A stretch of DNA of 64,000 nt from Opitutaceae bacterium (GTDB lineage Bacteria > Verrucomicrobiota > Verrucomicrobiia > Opitutales > Coraliomargaritaceae). The stretch lies in NCBI GenBank assembly GCA_051252375.1, contig JBPOFY010000001.1:640001-704000 (forward strand), given 5' to 3'. Shown here in pieces: positions 29,183-39,022 of this stretch. Positions within the stretch are counted from its first letter, which is position 1, and each line of letters starts with the position of its first letter. The translations under genes and the position numbers were made by a program. Below the pieces are notes generated by a model, which searched no databases, was not told where the DNA came from, and saw nothing but the letters and a program-made list of their open reading frames with translations.

Positions 29183-30616
29183 ATGCCTGAGAAAACCCCC
29201 ACACTTGTATGGTTCCGAAAAGATCTGCGTCTCGCTGACAACACTGCTTTGGCGGCTGCGATTGAAGCGGGTGGACCGATTATACCTGTTTTCGTTTGGT
29301 CGGAGAAAGAGTATGGAGCCTGGTCCCCCGGGGCGGCTTCACGGTGGTGGCTGCATCAGGCTCTCAAGAGTCTGAGTGATCAGTGGAATGTGAAGGGCGG
29401 GCAGTTGATTCTACGTGAGGGTGACTCACTCGAAGTGCTTCGCGCACTCATTCGAGAGACGGGGGCGACTCGTGTATTTTGGAATCGTCGCTACGAGCCG
29501 CCGCTGCGCGAATTAGACATCGGTATCAAGCGCGCTTTGCGAGAAGACGGTGTCGAGGTCGAAAGCTTTAACAGCTCACTATTGAATGAACCTCATACGG
29601 CGAGCACGGGTAGTGGGCAGCCTTATAAGGTCTACACGCCTTATTGGAAGAAGGTGAAGGATCGCGAGATTGAGCCCTTGGCTGAGTCGGCTCTACAAGC
29701 GTATCTGTTTCCCGATCAATTCCCGAGTTCAGTGCCTTTGCAGGCTTTTAAACTTTTGCCGGAGATCGCATGGGATGCTGGGTTCTATGATCGCTGGGAT
29801 GTTTCTGAGGCGGGCGCGATGAAGCGCTTAAGCGATTTTCTCGCTGGACCAGTCGACCAATACGCCACGGATAGAGATCGACCGGACTACGAGGGCACCT
29901 CGTCGCTTTCACCCTACTTGCAATGGGGACAAATCGGTCCGCGCCAGATTGTGCATCAGCTCAAAGCAAAATGTGACCTTACGCAGAAAGGTCCGCTGAC
30001 TTACTTGAAAGAAGTCTATTGGCGCGAGTTTGCTTACAATGTGCTCTATCATTTTCCGCAGACTCCCGATCAACCGCTGCGGGCAGAGTATGCCGATTTC
30101 CCTTGGGAGCACGATGCCTCTACATTGAAGGCCTGGCAAACAGGGCATACGGGGTATCCGATTGTCGATGCGGGCATGCGACAACTTTGGGCGACTGGGT
30201 GGATGCACAACCGAGTGCGCATGATCGTCTCTTCGCTTTTGGTGAAACATCTTCTGCATAATTGGCAGGAGGGCGCAAAGTGGTTTTGGGATACACTGGT
30301 CGATGCCGACCTTGCGAGTAACACGCTAGGCTGGCAGTGGAGCGGTGGTTGCGGGGCCGATGCGGCACCGTATTTCCGTGTTTTTAACCCGATTATCCAA
30401 GGGCAGAAGTTTGATCCGGAGGGGGACTACGTCCGACGTTGGGTGCCAGAGATCCGGAAGCTGCCGAGCACGTTCATACACACTCCATGGGAGGCGCCGG
30501 ACGGCGTCTTGGAGTATGCTGGTGTGGCGATCGGAGACACTTATCCTGCGCCTATAATCGACCATAAAGCTGGGCGTGAGCGAGCACTGGCAGCACTGGC
30601 CCAGTTTAAAGCTTAA
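29183..30616 (+). CDS. phrB: Deoxyribodipyrimidine photolyase (cryptochrome/photolyase family)
   Basis: WFRKDLRLADN, TS.LSPYL, WREF, TGYPIVDAGMRQL, GWMHNRVRM, APYFRVFNP. Confidence 0.93.
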   Translation: MPEKTPTLVWFRKDLRLADNTALAAAIEAGGPIIPVFVWSEKEYGAWSPGAASRWWLHQALKSLSDQWNVKGGQLILREGDSLEVLRALIRETGATRVFWNRRYEPPLRELDIGIKRALREDGVEVESFNSSLLNEPHTASTGSGQPYKVYTPYWKKVKDREIEPLAESALQAYLFPDQFPSSVPLQAFKLLPEIAWDAGFYDRWDVSEAGAMKRLSDFLAGPVDQYATDRDRPDYEGTSSLSPYLQWGQIGPRQIVHQLKAKCDLTQKGPLTYLKEVYWREFAYNVLYHFPQTPDQPLRAEYADFPWEHDASTLKAWQTGHTGYPIVDAGMRQLWATGWMHNRVRMIVSSLLVKHLLHNWQEGAKWFWDTLVDADLASNTLGWQWSGGCGADAAPYFRVFNPIIQGQKFDPEGDYVRRWVPEIRKLPSTFIHTPWEAPDGVLEYAGVAIGDTYPAPIIDHKAGRERALAALAQFKA

Positions 30617-30629
30617 CCGTATCCTTATA

Positions 30630-31523
30630 ATGAAAACTATTTTAGTCACTGGAGCCTCCGGCTTAATTGGTAAACCACTATGCGCAGCACTCACGCATCG
30701 CGGGTATGTCGTGAGAACTTTATCACGGGGCGACCGTGGCGATTTCCAATGGGATGCTTCAAAGTGGCTGATTGATTCTGAGGCACTGAGCGGGGTGGAT
30801 GCGGTAGTGCATCTTGCAGGGGAATCGGTGGTGCAACGCTGGACCGATGGCGCCAAAGCGCGCATAATGAATAGTCGGGTGCAAGGCACCAAGCTGTTGG
30901 TCGAGGCCATGCTCCGGCAAAGTAAGCCACCAGTATTAGTCGCTGCCTCTGGTATAAGTTTTTACGGATATCAATGCTCAGAGCTTGTGGATGAGAGCTC
31001 CGTTATGGGTGCAGGATTTCTTGCTGAAGTGACTCGTCAATGGGAGGGAGCCGCGCAACCGTTGGTTGAGCAAGGCGTCCGAGCGGTTTTTATGCGCACG
31101 GGTATTGTTTTATCGAAAGAAGGTGGCGCTTTGGCTAAGATGCTTCCGGCATTCAAAATGGGGCTCGGCGGGCGGATTGGTAGTGGGCAGCAAAAAATGA
31201 GTTGGATCGGATTGCCTGATATTGTGAATGCATACCTATTCGCACTTGAGAATGAAGCAGTCCGTGGACCGATCAATGCTGTGTCGCCGCAGCCGGTAAC
31301 GAATACAGAATTTACGCGAGTATTGGGGGCTGAGTTAGGACGCCCGACAGTTTTGCCGATACCTAAAGTGCTCTTGAAAGCGGTCTTTGGTGAAATGGCA
31401 CAGGAAACTATGCTGAGTGATCTCGGAGCTATGCCGAAGCGGCTACAGGAGTGCGGATTCTCGTGGGAATCGCCAACTATAGAGGAAGCTTTGCACTCTG
31501 CCTTAGCAAGTGATGATGTTTGA
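30630..31523 (+). CDS. TIGR01777 family NAD-dependent epimerase/oxidoreductase
   Basis: TGASGLIG, HLAGE, RTGIVLS.EGGAL, GSGQQ.MSWI. Confidence 0.88.
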   Translation: MKTILVTGASGLIGKPLCAALTHRGYVVRTLSRGDRGDFQWDASKWLIDSEALSGVDAVVHLAGESVVQRWTDGAKARIMNSRVQGTKLLVEAMLRQSKPPVLVAASGISFYGYQCSELVDESSVMGAGFLAEVTRQWEGAAQPLVEQGVRAVFMRTGIVLSKEGGALAKMLPAFKMGLGGRIGSGQQKMSWIGLPDIVNAYLFALENEAVRGPINAVSPQPVTNTEFTRVLGAELGRPTVLPIPKVLLKAVFGEMAQETMLSDLGAMPKRLQECGFSWESPTIEEALHSALASDDV

Positions 31524-31528
31524 TGATT

Positions 31529-32491
31529 ATGTATGACTACTTGATAATAGGTGCGGGGATCTCTGGTCTCATGTGCGCGGTTGAATTGAAGCAAGCGGGT
31601 CATTCCGTATGTGTGCTAGATAAGGGGCGTGGCTTTGGCGGTCGTATGGCAACTCGTCGTATGGCAGGTGGTCGCTTGGACCATGGGGCGCAGTTTTTTA
31701 CTGTGCGCGATTCGCGGTTGCAGCGGTATGTCGACCAATGGCTCGATGCAGGCGTCATCAAAGAATGGTTTCGACACGCGCCTGATGATTCGAGTGAAGC
31801 GGGGCACCCCCGGTATTGCGGAATCAATGGAATCACCGATTTGCCCAAACACTTAGCCGAGGGGCTCGAAGTTCACCGTTCGCAACAAGTCGTTTCCGTG
31901 GCTCGAGATGTTAATAAATGGCAAGTTCAGACGGCTACTGGGCAGGTGTATACCGCGGAGCAGCTGGTCTTGTCGGCGCCATTGCCACAGTCCCTTGGCT
32001 TATTGGATACTGCTGGGGTGAATTATGCGGGGGCTGATTTGTCTAAATTGAGGGCGGTTCGCTACGATAAAGGCTTGGCGACACTGGCGGTATTGGATGG
32101 TCCGAGTGGATTGCCGCAACCAGGAGCTCTCAAGGTTTCTGAGGGCATTGTCACTTGGATTGCCGACAATCAAATGAAAGGGATCTCACCAGAATTACCG
32201 GCAATCACCATACATTCAGACGCGGCATTTGCTGAATTGCATTGGGATTCGTCCGACGAGGTGAGGGGGGCGCTAATGTTGAAAGCAGCAGAGCCATATC
32301 TTCAGGCCAATGTAGTTGAGTATAAATGTCATCGTTGGGGTTTTACACTGCCAGTAAATCCACTGCCATATGCCTATTACCATAACCAGTCGTTGAGGTT
32401 GGTGCTGATCGGAGACGCCTTTGGTGGGCCGCGAGTAGAAGGTGCGGCACTGTCCGGGATCGAGGGTGCGCAGGTCTTACTTCAGTCGTAA
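31529..32491 (+). CDS. Renalase-like FAD-dependent oxidoreductase
   Basis: GAGISG, DKGRG.GGRMATRR, DHGAQFFT, GD...GPRVEGAALSG. Confidence 0.85.
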   Translation: MYDYLIIGAGISGLMCAVELKQAGHSVCVLDKGRGFGGRMATRRMAGGRLDHGAQFFTVRDSRLQRYVDQWLDAGVIKEWFRHAPDDSSEAGHPRYCGINGITDLPKHLAEGLEVHRSQQVVSVARDVNKWQVQTATGQVYTAEQLVLSAPLPQSLGLLDTAGVNYAGADLSKLRAVRYDKGLATLAVLDGPSGLPQPGALKVSEGIVTWIADNQMKGISPELPAITIHSDAAFAELHWDSSDEVRGALMLKAAEPYLQANVVEYKCHRWGFTLPVNPLPYAYYHNQSLRLVLIGDAFGGPRVEGAALSGIEGAQVLLQS

Positions 32492-32559
32492 TTGTTCGGC
32501 CGTGTTATTTGTAAGCCTTTGCCGTTGCGAAGCCCTTTGATTTGTCCAGCATCGGCGAA

Positions 32560-33297
32560 ATGAAGCGACTCACTATATTCTCGACGTCTTTATTGCTTGC
32601 CGTGTCTTTAAGCGCCGAGGTTGCGCTCCCTAAGCCGGAGCCAGTAGAGCCAGAAGTCGTGGATGCCGCTGAAGCGAAAGCTGCCGTTATTGATCTGTCG
32701 AAAGCGATTCAACCAAGAAATGCGGCTGCCACTTGGTCATATACCTCTGCTTATTTTGAAGAGGGGCGCAAGATCTCCGGCGGCACGAGTGGGGAGAAGG
32801 TGATCAAGGTCGTCGAGGTGGATGGCGTGACCTGTTATTTAATCAAGTTGACGATGGATTGGCGTTCGATTCTAGAGCGCTTGTCTGGTGTTAAATTGAC
32901 TGAGGATGATTACAGTTATTATTGGGAGTATTTCAATGAGGAGGGCAGTTACAATCTGACTTTAGAGACGGGTGATACGCATGAGTTGTCTAGCCTCGAG
33001 GGCTTTGAACTCACCATCCCTTATCCCGTCAAGAAAGGTCACTCGTATCACTCTGATGGAGATCTGTATGAAATTACGGATGATGCGGCGGTAGTGAAAG
33101 TGGCTGCTGGAGCGTTTAGCTGCGTGGTTTATCAAATGAACTTTATCGACAAAGAAATGCCCGAGAACTCGGCACGCGAACGCTATTACATGTCGCCGGG
33201 AGTCGGTCTGGTGCGCTGGGAGATGGACGTGCAGTTAGGCGGTGCTTGGGTGCTAGATTCCCGAGACGATCTAGTGAAATATGACCTAAAAAGGTAG
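32560..33297 (+). CDS. Secreted hypothetical protein (beta-rich)
   Basis: Signal peptide; V.VAAGAF.C and YY.SPGVGLVR motifs. Confidence 0.6.
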   Translation: MKRLTIFSTSLLLAVSLSAEVALPKPEPVEPEVVDAAEAKAAVIDLSKAIQPRNAAATWSYTSAYFEEGRKISGGTSGEKVIKVVEVDGVTCYLIKLTMDWRSILERLSGVKLTEDDYSYYWEYFNEEGSYNLTLETGDTHELSSLEGFELTIPYPVKKGHSYHSDGDLYEITDDAAVVKVAAGAFSCVVYQMNFIDKEMPENSARERYYMSPGVGLVRWEMDVQLGGAWVLDSRDDLVKYDLKR

Positions 33298-33371
33298 CGG
33301 CGCTTGTCCCTAAGCGCCATACGTCAGAGTTAGACCGTTCCAGATGGCGCTTCGGGACAAGCGCCGCTACC
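33293..33371. repeat. GTAG-type REP doublet (REPIN-like)
   Basis: GGTAGCGGCGCTTGTCCCTAAGCGCCAT (33293-33320) and its inverted copy (33344-33371) are 27/28 identical. Each arm is GTAG plus an internal palindrome. Confidence 0.8.
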
Positions 33372-33410
33372 GCCAACTGGTGGGGCATTGGAAGTAGGCG
33401 TTGAGGAAAC

Positions 33411-34394
33411 TCAGCTTTTGTCTGGAGGTGTCACGAGCACGCGTGTTTGCAGCCCCATCAAGTATTCAGAAAATGCTTCACCTTCAGGCGTGTTGCGCAG
33501 CACACGTTGAACCATGCCCATTTTGGCATCGAGGTTATCAATCATGGACACGAAGACCGCTTCAGGAGTCGCGGCCATCGCGGCGGCACCCCATTCTTTT
33601 TCGCCCTGATGGCTGAGGATGATGTGCTCTAGGCGCTCGGTTAGATCGGCATTGAGCTTGGATTGGATCGCGGCTTTGCGCGCGGTGCGAAACCCGAGCA
33701 CGACGTGCCCCTGCAGGGTGCCGATGCGGCTCACTTTGGAGGCAAAATCACCTTCATACTCTTCGAGTTTGCCGACGTCGTGCAGTATGATTCCCGCAAT
33801 CGCGAGGTCCGCGTCGACTTGTGGGTAAAGTGGGAGTAGGGCGCGGCAAGCCCGCACCATGTGAGTGGTGTGCTCCAATAAGCCATGGCGATAGGCGTGG
33901 TGCATGCTGATGGCTGCAGTGCTTGTGCGGAACTGCTCGCCCCATTCATCCATCACGCGTTGCACGGTGTCGCGAAGCTGCGGGTGCTCGATGGCGGCGA
34001 TGGCATCGACAATGTCGGCCCAGAGCTCTTCTTCGGATTCCGGTGGGACTTCCACGAGCTGGCTGAGCACGCCCTCTTCGTCGGCTTCACTGGCTTCTAT
34101 TTCTTCGCCAGCTTGGAGTTTAGGAGAGAAGCGGTCTTGATAGTATTCCGTCTTTCCCGCGATGCGGACAATGGCGCCTTCGTTTACGTCCACCAGTGCG
34201 TTGTATGGCGGCGTGTTGTCGAAACAGTTGGCGGTGAAGCTGCCACTGCTGTCACCTAGTTCGACACTAAGGAAAGGGTTGCCGTTACGAGCCGTCTTCA
34301 CGGTCTTACGTCTTAAAATATAGATGCCGCGAAAAGGTGCTGCGAGTGCCGCATCGATTTGCTTGAGTTCTTGAATCGTTTTGTAGTCGGACAT
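33411..34394 (-). CDS. yhaM: OB-fold/HD-domain 3'-5' exoribonuclease, YhaM family
   Basis: N-terminal OB fold, HHAY..GLLEH, LHDVGK, HIILSHQG, DNLDAK. Confidence 0.82.
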   Translation of the reverse strand: MSDYKTIQELKQIDAALAAPFRGIYILRRKTVKTARNGNPFLSVELGDSSGSFTANCFDNTPPYNALVDVNEGAIVRIAGKTEYYQDRFSPKLQAGEEIEASEADEEGVLSQLVEVPPESEEELWADIVDAIAAIEHPQLRDTVQRVMDEWGEQFRTSTAAISMHHAYRHGLLEHTTHMVRACRALLPLYPQVDADLAIAGIILHDVGKLEEYEGDFASKVSRIGTLQGHVVLGFRTARKAAIQSKLNADLTERLEHIILSHQGEKEWGAAAMAATPEAVFVSMIDNLDAKMGMVQRVLRNTPEGEAFSEYLMGLQTRVLVTPPDKS

Positions 34395-34462
34395 GGCTCA
34401 GTTTATTAAGCCGACTTGCAAAAAAAGGGGAAGGTGAAAAATGTATGAATCGCAGATTCACT

Positions 34463-34520
34463 TCTTACTCCTAATCCTGATCTCTTTGCTAGAAGCGATG
34501 TGGGCGGGAGGATTAAGAGT
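34463..34520. repeat. Short inverted hexamer-repeat element (gene-less copy of the four-helix-bundle flanks)
   Basis: TCTTACTCCTAATC (34463-34476) is identical to 48607-48620. AGGATTAAGA (34509-34518) is identical to 49057-49066. Confidence 0.55.
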
Positions 34521-34522
34521 TA

Positions 34523-35731
34523 CTACCTGCCTCCGCCAATCCATCCTTTACGCCAGAAGTAGAAGGCGAGACCGGTAGTCATGCTCAAGCAGATGCCCCA
34601 AAATGCAAAGTAGGCATACTTCCACTGAAGTTCGGGAATGTATTCGAAGTTCATTCCATAGACGCCCGCGACAAAGGTAATGGGTATGAAGAAACTGGCC
34701 ATGATCGTCAGCACTTTCATGATTTCGTTCATCTTGTTGCCGACGGAAGATTGATAAAGGTCGTTCAGCCCAGACGCGGTTTCTCGATAGGTTTCGATCA
34801 AATCGATCACCTGCATGGTGTGGTCCTGCACGTCGCGGTAAAAAGTTTTGAGCGATTCATCGATCAGCCCGGATTCGTCGCGGTAGAGCCCATCGATGAG
34901 TTCGCGTAGCGGCCATAGTGTGCGGCGTTGAAGCGAGAGGTCTCGTTTCATTGAGAACAGCTTTTGCTGGCATGCTGGGCTGGGGTGCTGCGATATCTCT
35001 TCCTCGAGATCTTCGAGTGCCGCGCCGTAACCTTCAAGGAGCGGAAAAAGATGGTCCACGATACAGTCAATTAAAGCATAGAAAAGGTAGTCAGCCTGTT
35101 GGTTGCGAAAACGACCCTTCGGATTGTTCAATCGCTTGCGCACGGGATCAAAGACATCGCCGACTTCCTCTTGGAAGGAAATAAGCGTGTCTTTAAAAAG
35201 AAAGAAGGCGATTTGCTCGTTCTTCAGCTTTCTATCTAGCACCTGGATTTGGCGAACGATGATCTGTATATGGTCGCTAAAGGCTTCGAGTTTCGGGCGT
35301 TGGTAGGTGTTGAGCACGTCCTCTGCGGAGAGGGTGTGGACGCCGAAGTGCTTACAGACGCGATCTACTATTTTCGGATTCAAGCCGTCCACGTTGATCC
35401 AGCGAACTTTTTGCGCTTCTTTGCGCGGCAAGTTGAGCGCTTCGCCGATATCCGAGTATTCGGTCGTATCGTAGAAATCCGCGCCGTAGTCGACTACTGT
35501 GATGCGCACGGGTGTTTCCGCGCCTTCTTTTTCTAGGTAGTGTTCGATGCCAGGAGCTGTGCCAGGTGCGGGTTTTCTGTGTGAATTCCCTGCCGTAATG
35601 ATCGGGTGAAACACGCTCTTCCCGATTCCTATAATCGTGGAAGTGAAAAAACTAGCAGTTTTAGAGAGTGCGTCGCCGGCAGCATTGGCGACATCTTTGG
35701 CAGAATCGAGCGGTTGTTTCACTTGGCACAT
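34523..35731 (-). CDS. corA: Magnesium/cobalt transporter CorA
   Basis: WINVDGL, QRPKLE, MNEIMKVLT, YGMNF signature. Confidence 0.93.
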   Translation of the reverse strand: MCQVKQPLDSAKDVANAAGDALSKTASFFTSTIIGIGKSVFHPIITAGNSHRKPAPGTAPGIEHYLEKEGAETPVRITVVDYGADFYDTTEYSDIGEALNLPRKEAQKVRWINVDGLNPKIVDRVCKHFGVHTLSAEDVLNTYQRPKLEAFSDHIQIIVRQIQVLDRKLKNEQIAFFLFKDTLISFQEEVGDVFDPVRKRLNNPKGRFRNQQADYLFYALIDCIVDHLFPLLEGYGAALEDLEEEISQHPSPACQQKLFSMKRDLSLQRRTLWPLRELIDGLYRDESGLIDESLKTFYRDVQDHTMQVIDLIETYRETASGLNDLYQSSVGNKMNEIMKVLTIMASFFIPITFVAGVYGMNFEYIPELQWKYAYFAFWGICLSMTTGLAFYFWRKGWIGGGR

Positions 35732-36017
35732 CGTCGTGCTTTTTGAGCAGAGTGCAATCGGGAATATGCTTTCAGATGCAAGTCAGGTTTTGGCTTCTCC
35801 GGCGATTGAAATAAGGGGTGGCTTGCTTTGGCGCTACGCCTCACTGTTCCGTTTGAAGATACATCTCGAAAGTAGCGTAGCCATTCTTAAGGGTGTAGTT
35901 TTCGGATGAACGGAGGGCAGGATGCCTATACTGCTAGATAAATTTTCCAAAGTGACTAACGAATATGTCGCGAAAATACCCTTGTCAGTTCTGATCTCTG
36001 CTATACCAAACAGCACT

Positions 36018-37376
36018 ATGAAGATTTGCTGTATTGGAGCTGGATACGTTGGGGGCCCGACCATGGCCATGATTGCACATAAGTGCGCAGGTCACACCGT
36101 CACTGTTGTCGACATCAATCAGGCTCGGATTGATGCATGGAATTCCGCGGAATTGCCGATCTTTGAGCCGGGGCTCGATGAGATCGTGCAAGCCAACCGA
36201 GGAAAGAACCTTTTCTTCTCTACTGATGTCGATACTGCGATTCGTGAGGCGGATATGATATTCTTGAGTGTCAACACGCCCACCAAAACCTACGGGGTGG
36301 GTGCGGGTCGCGCGGCGGATTTGCGTTATATCGAAAAATGTGCCCGTAAAATCGCCGAGGTTGCTGAAGACGATAAGATCGTTGTGGAAAAGTCCACTCT
36401 CCCTGTGCGCACTGCCGAATCGGTCAAGCGCATCCTTGAGTCCAACTCGAATGGGCGTCATTTCCAGATTCTTTCCAATCCCGAGTTCCTTGCGGAAGGC
36501 ACCGCCATTGAAGACCTTACCGCCCCAGACCGTGTTCTGATCGGCGGCGATCAGACGCCTGAAGGTCTTGCGGCCATTCAAAAGCTGGTCGATGTCTACG
36601 CGGAATGGGTGCCTCGCGAAAAGATTCTGACTACAAATATTTGGTCCTCCGAGCTCTCGAAGCTCACTGCCAACGCCTTCCTCGCCCAGCGTATTTCTTC
36701 GATCAATGCCATTTCCGCGCTTTGCGAAGCGACTGGCGCGGATGTTGATGAAGTGGCGCATGCCATCGGCACAGATAGTCGAATTGGCCCGAAGTTTCTT
36801 AAGTCGTCCGTCGGTTTTGGTGGCTCCTGTTTCCAGAAAGACATCCTTAATCTGGTGTATCTGTGTGAGCACTTTGGACTGCCAGATGTCGCGACCTACT
36901 GGTATGGCGTGATCGAAATGAACGATTATCAGAAACATCGTTTCGGTCGTCGCATCCTTTCCAGCATGTTCAACACGGTGTCGGATAAGAAAATTGCCGT
37001 CCTCGGCTTTGCCTTTAAGAAAGACACGAATGATACGCGCGAGTCGGCGGCTATTTATGTCTGCCGCGATCTGCTCGAAGAGCAGGCCAATATCGCGATA
37101 TACGACCCTAAAGTATCTGCCGCGCAAATATACAAAGACCTCGAGATCGACGCCGATCATCCGAATGTCACGCTTTGCGGCGATGCCTACGAAGCGACAA
37201 AAGATGCCCATGCTGTTTTGATCCTGACCGAATGGGACGAGTTTAAGTCCCTCGATTTCAATAAGATACACGATAGTATGCAGTTGCCTGCTTTCCTGTT
37301 CGATGGGCGTAATATCCTCGATCTCGACGCGCTTCGTAAGATCGGCTTCGAAGCCTCCGGCATCGGCCGCGGCTAA
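36018..37376 (+). CDS. ugd: UDP-glucose 6-dehydrogenase
   Basis: [38 protein letters not shown]. Confidence 0.95.
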   Translation: MKICCIGAGYVGGPTMAMIAHKCAGHTVTVVDINQARIDAWNSAELPIFEPGLDEIVQANRGKNLFFSTDVDTAIREADMIFLSVNTPTKTYGVGAGRAADLRYIEKCARKIAEVAEDDKIVVEKSTLPVRTAESVKRILESNSNGRHFQILSNPEFLAEGTAIEDLTAPDRVLIGGDQTPEGLAAIQKLVDVYAEWVPREKILTTNIWSSELSKLTANAFLAQRISSINAISALCEATGADVDEVAHAIGTDSRIGPKFLKSSVGFGGSCFQKDILNLVYLCEHFGLPDVATYWYGVIEMNDYQKHRFGRRILSSMFNTVSDKKIAVLGFAFKKDTNDTRESAAIYVCRDLLEEQANIAIYDPKVSAAQIYKDLEIDADHPNVTLCGDAYEATKDAHAVLILTEWDEFKSLDFNKIHDSMQLPAFLFDGRNILDLDALRKIGFEASGIGRG

Positions 37377-37379
37377 TAT

Positions 37380-37757
37380 AATACCATTTCTGAAAATATT
37401 TGATCTACTGAATTGAATGGTAGTGCAGCACCGTCTCTCCTGCCATGAGTTGGTCGAATGGGTGCGCACCACGTCCTGCTAGCTAACCTTACGGTAGTTC
37501 GTGCATTCGACAAGCTCATGCCTGAGCGGTGCGAGACGCACAGAATGGCACTACCTTAAGAAGGAATTCGGTAAACTTCTGGAGGGTTGCGCTCTGTCGC
37601 AACCGCCGATAGTTCGATACATCTAGGCGTTTCTGCGGCAATGACAGAGCATTGCCCTCCAAATGAAATTACAGATATCATACTGGTATTACTCTTAAGC
37701 TAGTGCCATTCGAGACGCACGTGCGCGACCAGATCAAACAATGTTAAAAATGGTATT
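37380..37757. repeat. Mosaic of nested inverted repeats (MITE/REP-like)
   Basis: Outer 27-nt imperfect IR; IRs 37419-37426/37548-37555, 37444-37460/37504-37520 and 37543-37560/37694-37711; GGAG REP doublet 37581-37660. Confidence 0.7.
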
Positions 37758-37853
37758 GGAGCTTCGATTTTAGGTTTTTGGCGACCACGGGACTCGCGGT
37801 CGCAGCATTGACAATTGGCTCTGTCGGTATCTCTTTGTTGCTAACTCCATCCT

Positions 37854-38873
37854 ATGTCCAAAAATCTAAACATCAATCAACCCTTTCGCTTGCCAGTTCG
37901 TGCAGGCTTAATTTTTAGCATCATTTTTGCGCTGACCGCATCATATTCAATGCTGTGCGCGCAGGAAGAGGAGGCGCTTTCTTATCGTCAAACTATTGAG
38001 AAGCTAAGACCGATGTTGCACGTTGGATTAGATCCAAAGCTGGGGAGGATTCTGGATAATTACTATGAAAGTAATTACACTAGTGCGCACCATTGGGATA
38101 AGATTCAGAGTATGCGTTTTGATGGAGTCTTGGAGACGCCGGAAGGCGAATTGCGTTTTGTCGCTTTTAAGAAAAAGCCAGACTATTATAAGGTAGTTAT
38201 CTATGTCGGGGAGGCTGCCCGCTATGTTATGGCCTACGATGGTGAGGATGCCTGGCAGTTCTCGACGGCGGAGGGGGAGGCAGTTGATATGCCCGAGATG
38301 GAAGCCTTGGATTTTATTCGCGATGCCACTTTGGGTGGTCACTTGTTTTATCCGCAGTTTCCGGGGAAGGAGATTCGTTTGGATGGTTCGGTGTTGGTTG
38401 ATGGGGAGCGCTGCTATCGATTACTCATCACTTTGCCGGATGGAGACCAGATTGTTTCTGCGCTCGATTTTTCTTCGTTTTCTGAGCGTCAGCAAAGCGT
38501 GGTGAATCACGTTACCGGCAAGACCGAAGTAAATACACATGGTAAATTTGGGATAGTGGACGGTGTTCGAATTCCATTTTTATCTATTCTGCACGTCGAC
38601 GGTGAAAAGGTGCATTCCGTTAAGATGATTCAGGTGCAGGCTAATGTCGGAATAATGTCTTGGATGTTTCAACGCCCCTCAGGCGCTCTCATACCAGATG
38701 CACCATCAGATTCATTAGGGGGGAGTGCTTTTGGTGTAGAGAGTCCATCGCAAGCCACTTTCGGGAGCGAAGGGTCAGCTTTTGAGTCCGAGACTAAGGC
38801 GCCTGCATCTGATTGGGATGCGCCGGAATTGGCCCCGCTGGAAATCGAGAAGCTACTAAAGGGCGTAAAGTAG
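37854..38873 (+). CDS. Secreted hypothetical protein, possible LolA-like/lipoprotein-sorting fold
   Basis: N-terminal hydrophobic segment; KKPD, AYDGEDAW and VDGERCY motifs recall LolA-like families. Confidence 0.5.
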   Translation: MSKNLNINQPFRLPVRAGLIFSIIFALTASYSMLCAQEEEALSYRQTIEKLRPMLHVGLDPKLGRILDNYYESNYTSAHHWDKIQSMRFDGVLETPEGELRFVAFKKKPDYYKVVIYVGEAARYVMAYDGEDAWQFSTAEGEAVDMPEMEALDFIRDATLGGHLFYPQFPGKEIRLDGSVLVDGERCYRLLITLPDGDQIVSALDFSSFSERQQSVVNHVTGKTEVNTHGKFGIVDGVRIPFLSILHVDGEKVHSVKMIQVQANVGIMSWMFQRPSGALIPDAPSDSLGGSAFGVESPSQATFGSEGSAFESETKAPASDWDAPELAPLEIEKLLKGVK

Positions 38874-39022
38874 CTGTTCCGTGCTATATATCACTAATAT
38901 CCGCTATTCATTTTGTTAAATCCAATAAAAAAAGTTCAAGTTCTTGTATTCGGTACTTGCGCTTTTATTTTTATTGTTCTTTTTTGAACCTCGTCTAACT
39001 TCTACAAACTACTTAAAAAATT

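Noticed and set aside
35985..37472. 495-aa antisense ORF opposite ugd
   Set aside because: It mirrors ugd on the opposite strand and has no recognisable motifs; this is a typical codon-bias shadow ORF.
37380..37757. CRISPR array
   Set aside because: The repeats are inverted and nested rather than regularly spaced direct repeats, and no cas genes are present.
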